In this document: piece after piece, positions 45,403-55,410 of the stretch
Position numbering within the stretch: position 1 is the first letter of the stretch
Layout of the letters: each line of letters begins with the position of its first letter
Assembly (NCBI GenBank): GCA_964437555.1
Contig: CAYTHI010000002.1
Coordinates: 7,653 to 71,652, forward strand
DNA: 64,000 bases
Reading direction: 5' to 3'
From: Candidatus Woesearchaeota archaeon
GTDB lineage: Archaea > Nanobdellota > Nanobdellia > Pacearchaeales > GW2011-AR1
Translations under genes and position numbers: made by a program
Notes under the pieces: generated by a model
The model's database searches: none
The model's input: the letters and a program-made list of their open reading frames with translations, nothing else
What the model was told of the DNA's origin: nothing

Positions 45403-46500
45403 ATGGAAAAACAAAAGACAGTTGTCGTAGGCCTTTCTGGAGGCGTAGATTCAGCCGTAGCTGCCTTTCTTCTGAAAAAGCAGGGATATAAAGTGATAGG
45501 CGCTTTCATGAAAAACTTTTCAGATACAAAAAATATGCTGACAGAAGAATGCAATTGGGTTGAAGAAAAAAAAGAAGCCATTAAGGTTGCAGCGCACCTT
45601 AAAATTCCGCTTGTTGTTTTTGATTTTGAGGAAGAATATAAAAAATATGTTATAGCTCCGATGATTAAAGCATACTCAAAAGGCTTGACACCTAATCCTG
45701 ATGCATTGTGCAATAAAATAATAAAATTTCCTTTATTCTGGAAAGAAGCAAAAAAGCTTGGAGCAGATTACATGGCATTTGGTCATTATATAAAAAGCAA
45801 AAAAACAAAATCCGAATATAAACTCTTCATTCCCGAAAATAAAAAAAAAGACCAGTCCTACTTCCTATACCAATTGAATCAGAAAGATTTAGAACATGCA
45901 CTTTTCCCAATAGGAGATTATACAAAACTAGGAATCAGGAAAATAGCAAAGAAAAACAATTTTCCTAATTATAACAGAAAAAGCACTTCCGGAATATGTT
46001 TTGTGGGAAAAGTCAACCTGAAAGATTTTCTAAGCAAGAAGATTAAGCCAAAAGAAGGAAATATTTTGTCAACTGAAGGAGAAATTATAGGAACTCATCC
46101 GGGCATATTTTATTACACAAACGGGCAAAGAATAGGTGAATCATTAGGATTTCATATAAGCAATAAATATCTAAATAAAGAAAAAAATAAATTATACATA
46201 GCGGAAAAAGACAAAACAAGGAATACTATAACAATAGCTCCTAAAGGTCATTCTGCCCTAAAGAAAAAAGAATTAGTAATAATTAATTTCAATTTAATAA
46301 ATAAAAATAATAGAATTCCATTAAATTGCAAGGTAAGAATACGGCATCTCGGCTCTCTAATGGACGTAAGATTAAAAAAACAACACAATAAATTTCTATG
46401 TATTCTGAAAAAACCTGTCCTCGGTCTCGCAGAAGGCCAATCCGCAGTTATCTATAATGGCAAAGAAGTTTTAGGCGGCGGAGAGATTAGATTTAAATAA
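45403..46500 (+). CDS. mnmA: tRNA 2-thiouridine(34) synthase MnmA (bacterial type)
   Basis: SGGVDS, TPNPD.LCN..IKF, KDQSYFL, S.GICFVG, YT.GQR, GQSAV.Y...GGG. Confidence 0.95.
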   Translation: MEKQKTVVVGLSGGVDSAVAAFLLKKQGYKVIGAFMKNFSDTKNMLTEECNWVEEKKEAIKVAAHLKIPLVVFDFEEEYKKYVIAPMIKAYSKGLTPNPDALCNKIIKFPLFWKEAKKLGADYMAFGHYIKSKKTKSEYKLFIPENKKKDQSYFLYQLNQKDLEHALFPIGDYTKLGIRKIAKKNNFPNYNRKSTSGICFVGKVNLKDFLSKKIKPKEGNILSTEGEIIGTHPGIFYYTNGQRIGESLGFHISNKYLNKEKNKLYIAEKDKTRNTITIAPKGHSALKKKELVIINFNLINKNNRIPLNCKVRIRHLGSLMDVRLKKQHNKFLCILKKPVLGLAEGQSAVIYNGKEVLGGGEIRFK

Positions 46501-46520
46501 AATTCACTATTAATATTAAC

Positions 46521-47068
46521 ATGAAAACAGCAGTTTTAGTAGTGGATATGGTAAAAGACCTTTTTAACAAAGTTAATCTTACAAAGAATAAATTAGGAAT
46601 GATTAATAATATCAATGCTCTAACAAATTACGCAAGAAGTAAAAAAATACCTGTATTCTTTATTAAGCAGGAATTTAAGCCGGATTTGTCAGATGCTTAT
46701 TTATGAAAAAAAGAAATGAAAAAACAACAATAAAGGGAACAAATGGGGCTCAATTTTTAGACAAACTTGTTATTGAAAAGAAAGATAAAATAATAATTAA
46801 GAAAAAATGGAGTGCCTTCTTTAATACAAGCCTTGAGCAACAGCTGAAAAAATTAAGGATAAATAATATAATAATTGCAGGAATATACACTCATGCCCGT
46901 GTTAGAACAACAGCAATTGACGCATATCAAAGAGATTATAATGTTGTTTTAGCCAAGGATTGCATCTCCTCATGGGATAAAAAGCACGAAGAAATAACCT
47001 TAAGCTACCTGAATTTGGGTTTAAAAATCCCTCTACTTTCAAATAATCAAATTAAGAATATTGTATAA
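46521..47068 (+). pseudogene. isochorismatase/cysteine hydrolase split by a frameshift at about 46703
   Basis: N-half AVLVVDM..D; C-half K..WSAFF.T.L and GIYTHARVRTTA.DA (catalytic Cys position is Arg); halves overlap as ATGA. Confidence 0.75.
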
Positions 47069-47105
47069 CAACAACTTTTTATATAAGAACGTCCTACTCT
47101 AAGCT

Positions 47106-47366
47106 ATGAGTATAGATAATTTCATTAGCGATGAAGAAAATGAAAGAATTCTAATTGGTTCTTTAAGAGGAGCAGTAAGAGCTTTCACTAAGCCTCTGGG
47201 ATTCTTCAAAGAAAGGAGAAGACAACTGGAAGAATGGGGAGAAACTGATATCTCAAAATATAGTGCGTTTAGTGTAGAAACATTTAAGCTCGTAGCAGTA
47301 GCAAGTTTAATTGCAGCAAGCTGGGATTATACTACAAGAATAATAGATTACCTAAGCCAGCATTAA
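47106..47366 (+). CDS. hypothetical membrane protein
   Basis: 86-aa ORF with TATA upstream and C-terminal hydrophobic helix. Confidence 0.55.
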   Translation: MSIDNFISDEENERILIGSLRGAVRAFTKPLGFFKERRRQLEEWGETDISKYSAFSVETFKLVAVASLIAASWDYTTRIIDYLSQH

Positions 47367-47410
47367 TAAATCAGCAACATCTTTTTATACTTCTTTTTTC
47401 TCTATAAACC

Positions 47411-47971
47411 ATGGAATTAGACCAGGCAATAAGCTCAAGAAGATCAGTAAGAGATTTTACAAATAAGAAAGCCGCCTGGGATAAAGTGATAGAGGCGATA
47501 GATTCTGCAATTCAATCTCCTGTTGCAACCAACAGCCTCCCTCTAAAATTTGTTATAGTTCAGGATCCAAAGACTATATTTAGCATTGCCAAAGCCGCAA
47601 ATCAGCCATGGATAGCAAATTCAAAAATGCTCATCTTGATTTGCTCAGACCACACTCATTTGGAAAAGTTATACGGGGAAAAAGGATTAATTTATGGAAG
47701 ACAGCAGGCAGGAGCATCAATACAAAATTTTCTTCTAAAAATTACAGACTTAGGATTAGCAACATGCTGGATTGGCTCTTATGACGAAGATAAAATAAGA
47801 AGCCTGGCAGAAATACCGAAAGAAATAAATGTTGAAGCAATTCTCCCATTAGGATATGCAAAAAAGAAAGCTCCAAAGCCAAAAAAGCCGTCTTTAGAAT
47901 CTTCCATCTACTGGGAAAAATGGGGAAATAAAAGGCGCCCTACATTAATCAAAGATCCTGAAATGTGGTAA
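47411..47971 (+). CDS. nitroreductase family protein
   Basis: AI.SRRSVR.F, QNFLL...DLGLATCWIG, LPLGY. Confidence 0.9.
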   Translation: MELDQAISSRRSVRDFTNKKAAWDKVIEAIDSAIQSPVATNSLPLKFVIVQDPKTIFSIAKAANQPWIANSKMLILICSDHTHLEKLYGEKGLIYGRQQAGASIQNFLLKITDLGLATCWIGSYDEDKIRSLAEIPKEINVEAILPLGYAKKKAPKPKKPSLESSIYWEKWGNKRRPTLIKDPEMW

Positions 47972-47981
47972 GAATAATTTT

Positions 47982-48302
47982 ATGAAAATAAAAAATATTT
48001 TCTCTGATATTCCTAAAGATTTATCAAAAGAAATATTTGAGCAGATTATTGCTGTAGATAAAATAAAAATAGAAAGAATTATTTCAAAAGGACATTCAGC
48101 TCCGGACAATAAATGGTATAATCAAAAAAGGAGCGAATTTGTAATAATTCTTAAAGGAAATGCAGAATTATTATTTGAAAAAAATAATAAAATAATAAAA
48201 ATGAAAAAAGGAGATTACATTAATATTCTCAAGCACGTCAAACATAGAGTTATAAAAACAAACCCTGAAAAAGAAACAATCTGGTTAGCTGTATTTTATT
48301 AA
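47982..48302 (+). CDS. cupin domain protein
   Basis: KIERIIS.GH, WY.Q...E.V..L.G.A, HRV..T...T.WLAV.Y. Confidence 0.88.
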   Translation: MKIKNIFSDIPKDLSKEIFEQIIAVDKIKIERIISKGHSAPDNKWYNQKRSEFVIILKGNAELLFEKNNKIIKMKKGDYINILKHVKHRVIKTNPEKETIWLAVFY

Positions 48303-48308
48303 AAAAAT

Positions 48309-48788
48309 TTAAGCAACCAATTTTGTTCCATTTTGAGGTTTTGCCAAAAGATGCTCAACTTCTAAATAGTTATCTTGAGTAAGCCTACGCGTAAGCATTT
48401 TTTCAAAGAAGCGCATTTCTGCTAACCTTCCACCAGCTTGGTTCGATTGACGATAAGTTTTTCTTCCTAGCTTATCAAGACCAGAAAGAATTTGCGACGA
48501 AAGGTCGTCATACGAAGCAAATCTTTGAGCAAAACGCCTAAACTCTATCCAGTTTAAAGGTTCATTAGAATTAAATGCTCGACGGGTTTCATCTTCAGAA
48601 AATCCCAGTCGTTCGTTATTAATAACTAAACGCCAATAGCTCTCTTCAGTTCCATTATATCCTTCTGGAAGACTTACAGGATCACAAGCAGCAAGAACAC
48701 CATAAATCGTGTCCGCATGTCTCTGAAGGCTATCTGCTCTTCCCGCAATCCTCTCTCTCAAAGTCGCATCCATCAAACATAATGACAT
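48309..48788 (-). CDS. hypothetical protein
   Basis: 159-aa ORF. Confidence 0.55.
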   Translation of the reverse strand: MSLCLMDATLRERIAGRADSLQRHADTIYGVLAACDPVSLPEGYNGTEESYWRLVINNERLGFSEDETRRAFNSNEPLNWIEFRRFAQRFASYDDLSSQILSGLDKLGRKTYRQSNQAGGRLAEMRFFEKMLTRRLTQDNYLEVEHLLAKPQNGTKLVA

Positions 48789-48875
48789 TAATTATTTAAA
48801 AATGTTCGTGTAAAAATTATTTCCCTAAAAATCAAAAAAAAGAAAAAGGCAAAAAAATAAAAATAAAATCTGCCT

Positions 48876-49955
48876 TTATCTGAAGACTTCTATGCCTAAT
48901 TCAGACATTTCTGATCTGGCTCCTGAAGGTTCAGGATATTGGTCTTTGCCTAAAACATAAGGCGATTTAACGCCTGTAATTATAGTAATGACCCTTACCT
49001 TTCCTCCGAACTCTTTGTTGATTCTTGCGCCAATAATAACATTGGCTTCCGGATTCAAATTCTCTGTTACAAGCTGGCCAACACCGGCAAATTCTTCAAG
49101 CTTGAAGTCAGGCCCGCACGTTATATGGATTAAAGAACCTGTGGCGCCCCTGTAATCAACATCCAATAAAGGATGTGTCAGAGCCTGCCTTACAGCTTCC
49201 TCAACTCTCATAGAACTGTCAGACTCTCCAATGCCAATAACTGCAACGTTACCGTTCTTCATAATAGCTGAAACGTCAGCATAGTCTAAGTCGATCAATG
49301 ATGGCAAGGTAATTGTTTCCACTATTCCTTTAATCATTGTACTTATCAGCTCGTTTGCTACTGCGAAGGCCTGTTCCATTGGCAAATTACCTGCTATATC
49401 TACAAGCCTGTTGTTATCAATAACAATAACAGTATCTGTAACCTCTTTAAGCTCTTGAAGTCCGAATTCTGCCTTATCTACTCTGGCCCTTTCACACTCA
49501 AATGGCATTGTAACAACTGCGATTACAACTCCGCCTGCTTCTTTAGCAAGCTGTGCAACAACCGGAGCAGTTCCTGTTCCTGTACCTCCGCCCATTCCTG
49601 CCAGAACAAATACCATGTCCGCCCCTGAAGTAGCTTTCTTAAGCTCTGACAAAGCTTCCTTTGCAGCTTCTCTTCCTTTTTGAGGATATCCGCCGCATCC
49701 TAAACCTCTTGTCAATTCCTTGCCAATTAAGATTTTTTCATCCGCCTTGGTAATACTTAAGTGCAAAGCATCTGTATTTATGCCGTAAACACTGGCGCCG
49801 TTAATGCCTTTGTTGAAAAGCCATGTAGACATATTACATCCTGCTCCTCCGCAGCCAAAAACCTTGATATTGGCCTTTCCGGCCCTTAATTCATCAAAAT
49901 TAATACTATGCGTAGATGCATTCTGAATTGCTTCTTTTGCAAAATCTAGTACCAT
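48876..49955 (-). CDS. ftsZ: cell division protein FtsZ
   Basis: GCGGAGCN, INTD, GMGGGTGTG, DNNRL, LDYADV. Confidence 0.97.
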   Translation of the reverse strand: MVLDFAKEAIQNASTHSINFDELRAGKANIKVFGCGGAGCNMSTWLFNKGINGASVYGINTDALHLSITKADEKILIGKELTRGLGCGGYPQKGREAAKEALSELKKATSGADMVFVLAGMGGGTGTGTAPVVAQLAKEAGGVVIAVVTMPFECERARVDKAEFGLQELKEVTDTVIVIDNNRLVDIAGNLPMEQAFAVANELISTMIKGIVETITLPSLIDLDYADVSAIMKNGNVAVIGIGESDSSMRVEEAVRQALTHPLLDVDYRGATGSLIHITCGPDFKLEEFAGVGQLVTENLNPEANVIIGARINKEFGGKVRVITIITGVKSPYVLGKDQYPEPSGARSEMSELGIEVFR

Positions 49956-50084
49956 TTACTCTTTTTTTCATACCTCCTTTCAGTTTTATGTTAGAAATCT
50001 ATACTCCCTTCTTTAAATATTTGACTATATCACAATTGCAACAATAAAAAGAGTTATAAATCTATAAATCGCCTGTTTTTTACA

Positions 50085-50693
50085 ATGATAGCAATAAATC
50101 CTTCAAGGCAGGCGGCAGAAGAAGACTCATATCGCGAAGATTCTGATGAAGAGCTCTTTGAAAGATACTGTTCAGAACGCGATGAGCGCGCTTTTGAAGT
50201 TTTAGTAGCAAAATATACTCCAATGATAATAAGCTATTGCGGTGCTGCACTACCTTATTTAAAGGAAGACATAACTCAAGAAACATTTATGGCAGTGCAT
50301 AAAAACAGACACGGATTTAACACAAGCAAAGGAAGTTTTAAAAATTGGATATACCAAATCGCTCGGAGCAAAGTAATAGATCACCTAAGAAAATCTAAAG
50401 GAAAAAAGATGCTATCTTTAGACGCCCAGGAGCCCGATGAAAATAGCCTGGACTCATTATTAGAAGCAAGGCAGGAGAGGGAAATAAACACGACAGATTT
50501 TGGCTCGCTGCAGCCGCATGTTGATATTCTTCCGCATTCCCAAAGAGAAAATATAATTTTAGTTTATGAAAGAGGCTTTAGTCTTAGGCAGTCTGCAGAG
50601 ATTAGGCAAAAAAAGATTGGCACAATAAAAAGCTCTTTAAGTGCCGGTCTTAAAAATCTTAGAGGCAATACCCGAGCTATTCAAGCAGCCTAA
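50085..50693 (+). CDS. ECF-type sigma-70 family factor (bacterial-like)
   Basis: SDEEL...D..AFE.L...Y, EDITQETF, F.NWIY.IAR..VID.LRK (region 2); LP..QRE...L....G.S....AE......GTIKS.L..G...LR (region 4). Confidence 0.9.
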   Translation: MIAINPSRQAAEEDSYREDSDEELFERYCSERDERAFEVLVAKYTPMIISYCGAALPYLKEDITQETFMAVHKNRHGFNTSKGSFKNWIYQIARSKVIDHLRKSKGKKMLSLDAQEPDENSLDSLLEARQEREINTTDFGSLQPHVDILPHSQRENIILVYERGFSLRQSAEIRQKKIGTIKSSLSAGLKNLRGNTRAIQAA

Positions 50694-51688
50694 TCCCTCG
50701 CAAAGCTCTCTGCAACTAAAAGCGGAAAAAGTATCGTCGCATCGCCAAAAACTTTGACACTTTTAGCATTTTTCCTGATTTTTCCCCATGAGATTGCTTC
50801 TTCAGGCAATGCCCCTGAATCAGAAGCATCATATTCGTAAGAAGTATTAATATAAACAGCATAATCAGCTCCGTTCCTAAGCATATTTGCGTTAAGAATA
50901 GAATGCTTGACAACTCCTGCACCCAAAACAATAATTCCTGATTTTTTCAAGCCAATTGTTAAGTCATTAAATCTCTTTACATCTTCAGCGATATCCAAAA
51001 CAATATTTTTTTTAAATTTGAAAAAATAAATATTGTCCCCTAAAGCCCCGTCTGTAATTGCAGGGCAATAAACAGGAATTTTATTTTTCCACGCCCAATA
51101 ATAAATACTCTTCCCGTTATTTATTTTCTCTCCCAATTTCCAAATAAGTTCAGAAGGAGTTATAGCCCTGTTCTCCTTCTTAGACAAATTATACAATTCC
51201 TCAAGAACAGGATGAACAAATTTTTCAAATTCAACATACCTGTTATTTGGAACAAAAATATTTCCTATCCTGTTTATCCCTCTATTTCTTAATTCCTTTC
51301 CGGATGCCCTGAAATCTCCTATGTAAAAATCACCTAAGCATTTTATAATATCTTCCTCAATTCCTCCCGCAGTCGTCACAAGACAATTGACTTTTTTATG
51401 TTTTACAAGCCATCTTATAATATCTCTATTCCCTGAAGAAACCATGTTTGATGTATATCCTAAAAATATAAATGCATTTTCCTTAATCATGCTATTAATA
51501 ATATCAATGGCTTTGGAAAATTCACTCGCCTGCGCACCCGAACTTCTAAAGCTATCCAAAATCCCGGCATAATCAATCCCTTCATCAAAATCATATCCTT
51601 CTACTTTAATGCCTTGAATTTCCTCGCTTTCTCTAAGTAAGTTTTTCCTGGCAATTCTCTCATTTGTATTAAATATTTTTTTTGCCAT
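50690..51688 (-). CDS. dys: deoxyhypusine synthase
   Basis: FLGYTSNMVSSG.R, TTAGGIEED, NRIGN, GAGVVKH, SDSGA.P.EA.SWGK. Confidence 0.95.
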   Translation of the reverse strand: MAKKIFNTNERIARKNLLRESEEIQGIKVEGYDFDEGIDYAGILDSFRSSGAQASEFSKAIDIINSMIKENAFIFLGYTSNMVSSGNRDIIRWLVKHKKVNCLVTTAGGIEEDIIKCLGDFYIGDFRASGKELRNRGINRIGNIFVPNNRYVEFEKFVHPVLEELYNLSKKENRAITPSELIWKLGEKINNGKSIYYWAWKNKIPVYCPAITDGALGDNIYFFKFKKNIVLDIAEDVKRFNDLTIGLKKSGIIVLGAGVVKHSILNANMLRNGADYAVYINTSYEYDASDSGALPEEAISWGKIRKNAKSVKVFGDATILFPLLVAESFARD

Positions 51689-51985
51689 TTTAACATAATA
51701 AACAGAACAAAACAAGAGCTACAAATCAGACAAATTCTTATGACTTTGCTCTTACGCTATTGCACATCCGAGAAATAAAAATCGCGGCTTTTTAAAGCCT
51801 CTGTCTCCATGCAAAAAGCTGACCTAAGCAACTTCTCCTTCTCCAAAATACGCAACCTCGGCCAATATAATTGACCCCCTGCGCTTTCTCTTTGGCTGTA
51901 ATTCCTATTTATATCCATGAAAGGAGCATAAGATATTACGAAAGCAAAAATACCAGCCAATACATTTCTGCTGTTTTTTCTCATC

Positions 51986-53038
51986 TTAATTATCCCGAAC
52001 TCCAAGCCTCCTTTTAAATTCCTCAAGATATTTCTTGGGAAAAAATCCTCCTGCAGCAGGAATATGCCCTCCAGAATTAGAATCATCAAATCCCTTCATG
52101 CAGACTTTAAGCAAATCAGGCATGCTGTCTTTCCTGTCATTCCTCCTGGCATTCACTGTATATCCTTCATTCATTGGCTTAACAATAATAATATTTTTGT
52201 CAGGATATTTAATTGAAATAATATTTCCTATTATTGTCCCGATCTGAAACATAGGTTTGAATTCAAAATAATAACCTCCAGGAAAGCTCTTCTTTTCGGT
52301 TTCAAATTTAACCAGAACGGAATCAATTTCTCCCTGAACCCTGCCAATATACTTTCCTAAATCTTCAATATCCCAAACTTCTGCCTTTATTGAATAGAAA
52401 ACCTTCTCCGGACTATTTATAAAATATATTAAAGCAAGAGTCAAATCCCATTGCATTCTATGAAATTTAGATTTGTTTAATGCTTGAAAATCAAATCCGG
52501 GTTTTACCATATCACTGGAATAAATTTCTCCATATTTCTTAAAAGCTTTTTTCATCCAAGCCTCATTTTTTACATTACAAAAATCAGATATGGATGCGCA
52601 TGCAACAAGCCAATCCAAATTGCTCAAATCTTTAATCTCACTTAATAGCTCATAGCATAAAAACGCTGCACAATATCCTTCTTCTCCAATAAGAAATACA
52701 CATTTTTTAGAATTAAAATCATTAACTGAAACATGATGGTCTAATATCAAAATTTCAGCAAACTTTTCCAAGCCAGTTATAAAATTTCTGTCCGTAATCA
52801 GAATATCAGTAATTATAATTTTATTTATGCCTTCCATTTCAAGCTCGCTAACAAGATTTTCATCCAAATCGCTGTAACTCAAAAATTTTACTATCTTTGC
52901 CTTAAAGACATAATTAACAACTTTTGCAGAAGATATTCCATCCAAATCATTGTGGCTAAGCAGGGCAAGGTTATCACCTTCACTTATGCCTTGTATGAAA
53001 TCATAAGCTCTTTGCCTGCTGCCTAGTCTAAATTCCAT
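51986..53038 (-). CDS. DHH/DHHA1 family phosphoesterase
   Basis: HNDLDG, LDHH, GGH..AAG. Confidence 0.88.
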   Translation of the reverse strand: MEFRLGSRQRAYDFIQGISEGDNLALLSHNDLDGISSAKVVNYVFKAKIVKFLSYSDLDENLVSELEMEGINKIIITDILITDRNFITGLEKFAEILILDHHVSVNDFNSKKCVFLIGEEGYCAAFLCYELLSEIKDLSNLDWLVACASISDFCNVKNEAWMKKAFKKYGEIYSSDMVKPGFDFQALNKSKFHRMQWDLTLALIYFINSPEKVFYSIKAEVWDIEDLGKYIGRVQGEIDSVLVKFETEKKSFPGGYYFEFKPMFQIGTIIGNIISIKYPDKNIIIVKPMNEGYTVNARRNDRKDSMPDLLKVCMKGFDDSNSGGHIPAAGGFFPKKYLEEFKRRLGVRDN

Positions 53039-53133
53039 TAAAATAAGTTCTTAGATTAGTATATAAATTTTTATTAATCTATTATCAAATAAAAAATATT
53101 GCCAATTTTGATCTTTACACGATAATAGCTATA

Positions 53134-53436
53134 ATGACGGCTATAGCCCTGGCGATATTTTCCCCAAGCCTGCCAAAAATAAGTTCAACAATAAACTTAA
53201 TTACTGGTTTGATAGTATTTTTTATATTGCTTCTCTTGGTAATTTTGCTAGATATTTATCTAAAAGAAAGAAAAAGAAAAGATATCTTGGAAGAAAAAAT
53301 TGATAACATAATTAGAAATCTAAAGGAAGTAAGTAGAGAAATATCTTTTCTTAAGGAAATATTTAAAACAATAGAAGATTTATCAGGATTGAAGACAAAA
53401 ATGGAGATTATAGAGAAGAAGGTGTTTAAAAAATGA
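53134..53436 (+). CDS. small membrane protein with coiled coil
   Basis: TM helix followed by heptad repeats. Confidence 0.55.
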   Translation: MTAIALAIFSPSLPKISSTINLITGLIVFFILLLLVILLDIYLKERKRKDILEEKIDNIIRNLKEVSREISFLKEIFKTIEDLSGLKTKMEIIEKKVFKK

Positions 53437-53549
53437 GCAAAACAGACGACCCCATAGAGCTATTAATACAAATAATAAAGTTTGCAGCTATAGCTATAAT
53501 AGGATTTATTCTGATAAAAGCTCTTTTACAGGCAGCAAGCGGTGCTTAA
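53433..53549 (+). CDS. 38-aa single-TM micro-protein
   Basis: ATGA-coupled to the previous ORF; MSKTDDPIELLIQIIKFAAIAIIGFILIKALLQAASGA. Confidence 0.5.
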   Translation: MSKTDDPIELLIQIIKFAAIAIIGFILIKALLQAASGA

Positions 53550-54214
53550 ATCTTCTCTAAAATCTGCGCTCTCAATCCTTTCTCCCTGCAAAGCTCAACA
53601 AAATTCTGAGCGTCTTCCATTGTTCCAACAACTCCAGAGCCATAATGCATTGGTATTGCCAAATCAGGGCTGATAATAGAAGCTGCCTCTGCTGCCTCTT
53701 CAGCATTCATGACATATTTGCCTGAAACAGGAAGCAAAGCAATAAACTCATTTCCGTGCTTACCGTATCCTGTAAGGTTCTTCATTTCAGGAATAAAATC
53801 ACTGTCTCCTGTGTGATATAAAACAACATCTCCAAGCTTGATAACAAATCCAACCCATCCTTCTGACTTTGGGTGATAGTCTTTCCTTACATTGTATGCA
53901 GGAACAGCCTCAATCTTGATATCGTCCAGGTCAATTTTGTCTCCTGCTTCAACAACCTGCAATTCCACGCCTTGAATCTTCATTACTTTACTTTGAGCAT
54001 CAGCTGTGCAGACAACAACAGTTCCTGCTTCAGCCAGTTTTTCAATGTCCTTTATAGAGCAATGGTCATAATGGCTATGGCTTATCAGGATTAAATCAGC
54101 TTTCTCATTAAAGCTGTCAGGTATATTATACGGGTCTATGGCAATCCTCTTGCCGTTCCTGATAAAAAACCCTGAATGCCCCAAAAACAGGATTTCAGCA
54201 GCGCCTATCTTCAT
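53546..54214 (-). CDS. MBL-fold metallo-hydrolase (UlaG-like)
   Basis: LGHSGF, IDPY, SHSHYDH, YHTGD, IPMHY. Confidence 0.9.
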   Translation of the reverse strand: MKIGAAEILFLGHSGFFIRNGKRIAIDPYNIPDSFNEKADLILISHSHYDHCSIKDIEKLAEAGTVVVCTADAQSKVMKIQGVELQVVEAGDKIDLDDIKIEAVPAYNVRKDYHPKSEGWVGFVIKLGDVVLYHTGDSDFIPEMKNLTGYGKHGNEFIALLPVSGKYVMNAEEAAEAASIISPDLAIPMHYGSGVVGTMEDAQNFVELCREKGLRAQILEKI

Positions 54215-54262
54215 GAGAAACAATATAAGCCGTGATTTTTAAAGATTGTTAATTTTCACAAG

Positions 54263-54589
54263 CTAATAACCAAATCTCCTTTCATAGTCTTTATGATTGA
54301 ACCATTCTAAAATAACAGATATTATCTCCACTTTATCTGGTGAGATTATAGTATACACAAGTCTCCATCCATCTGGCAAATCATATTTCCAAAGATTAGT
54401 CACATTATACTTAACAATGTATTCACGAGGAAATAGTCGTTTTGGTATTCTTATTCCTGCAAAAGCATTTTCTTTGAGCTCTTCAATTGCTCTTTTAATA
54501 TGCTTTTTCAAAATTTCATTGTCTTTAAGAGATTCAAAAGTTTTCTCCAGAATTTCTGAAACAAATGCTACCTTAGAGCGTTTTATCAT
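54263..54589 (-). CDS. RelE/ParE-like toxin
   Basis: L..N...G..I, NLWKYDLP.GWRL.YTI, H.DYERRFGY. Confidence 0.65.
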   Translation of the reverse strand: MIKRSKVAFVSEILEKTFESLKDNEILKKHIKRAIEELKENAFAGIRIPKRLFPREYIVKYNVTNLWKYDLPDGWRLVYTIISPDKVEIISVILEWFNHKDYERRFGY

Positions 54590-54591
54590 AA

Positions 54592-54870
54592 TTAGTACCT
54601 CTTTCTTTTTGCAATAAGCTTGGTTAATTTGGGATTCCAAAGATAAACAATTACGTTTTCCCTGTCAAAGCCTATTTTATTAATACTCTGCAAATAATCC
54701 AAAACAACCAAATAAGTCTGCCACATAACTTTCCTAGGAAGTCTTTTCCACAATTCGGTTCTATTGAACTCTCCTGAATATTTTTCTATAGCTCTCTCTA
54801 TCATAAGAACCGTATCAAGTGTTGGTGATCTTAAAAACGGATTTTGCTCTTTCCTGCTAACTAAGTTCAT
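54592..54870 (-). CDS. winged-helix protein, probable cognate antitoxin/regulator
   Basis: SPTLDTVLMIE..I, LWK.LP.KVMWQT...LDYL; directly upstream of the RelE-like gene. Confidence 0.6.
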   Translation of the reverse strand: MNLVSRKEQNPFLRSPTLDTVLMIERAIEKYSGEFNRTELWKRLPRKVMWQTYLVVLDYLQSINKIGFDRENVIVYLWNPKLTKLIAKRKRY

Positions 54871-54879
54871 GAGAATCTG

Positions 54880-54895
54880 TATATCAATTGATATA
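54880..54895. promoter_or_regulatory. perfect 16-bp palindrome, likely autoregulatory operator
   Basis: TATATCAATTGATATA between TATA box and start of the wHTH gene. Confidence 0.6.
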
Positions 54896-54922
54896 TAAAG
54901 TTTTCTATTTGCTAAAGCCCAA

Positions 54923-55309
54923 TCAATATTTTTTAATCGCCTCCCAAATCCAGATAATATTCTCTTCTGTATCCTTAACTTGAGCATACCATCCCATGTC
55001 TCCTACTTTATGCTTGGCCTTGATTATTTTCCCGCCTGCTTTCTCAACCTGCTTAATTTTTTCACCAACATTCTTAACATCGATCACTAAAACAGGACTT
55101 TTAGCGCTCGTTTCATCTCTCTTATACATCCCTCCATTTATAGCGCCAGATTCCTTAGGCATGAATTTATCATCAACTTCAACACTATGCACAATAGTAT
55201 AATTCATCTCCGGCATGTCATTGAGCTTCCATCCAAAAACATTTTTATAAAAATTACTAGCCCTGCTCTTATCATCAAATGGAATCTCAAAATGCACAAC
55301 TTTGTCCAT
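54923..55309 (-). CDS. VOC/glyoxalase family protein
   Basis: VVHFEIP.DD..RA..FY..VFGW, INGG, GG.I, D.E.N.I..WE. Confidence 0.9.
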   Translation of the reverse strand: MDKVVHFEIPFDDKSRASNFYKNVFGWKLNDMPEMNYTIVHSVEVDDKFMPKESGAINGGMYKRDETSAKSPVLVIDVKNVGEKIKQVEKAGGKIIKAKHKVGDMGWYAQVKDTEENIIWIWEAIKKY

Positions 55310-55410
55310 GCTTTTTCTTAATAATTAGGATTGATAAACCTTGCCTAGTTTTTAACACCTCTTTTCTTGATATATAAAAGTTATTTAAACTAAATCTCCT
55401 ATTTTAATCA

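Noticed and set aside
49955..49980. Upstream out-of-frame ATG right after the ftsZ SD
   Set aside because: Zero spacing from GGAGGT makes initiation unlikely; no other support
51757..52089. 110-aa ORF overlapping the DHH gene
   Set aside because: The 5' part overlaps another CDS; a shorter 75-aa version from 51984 is possible but unsupported
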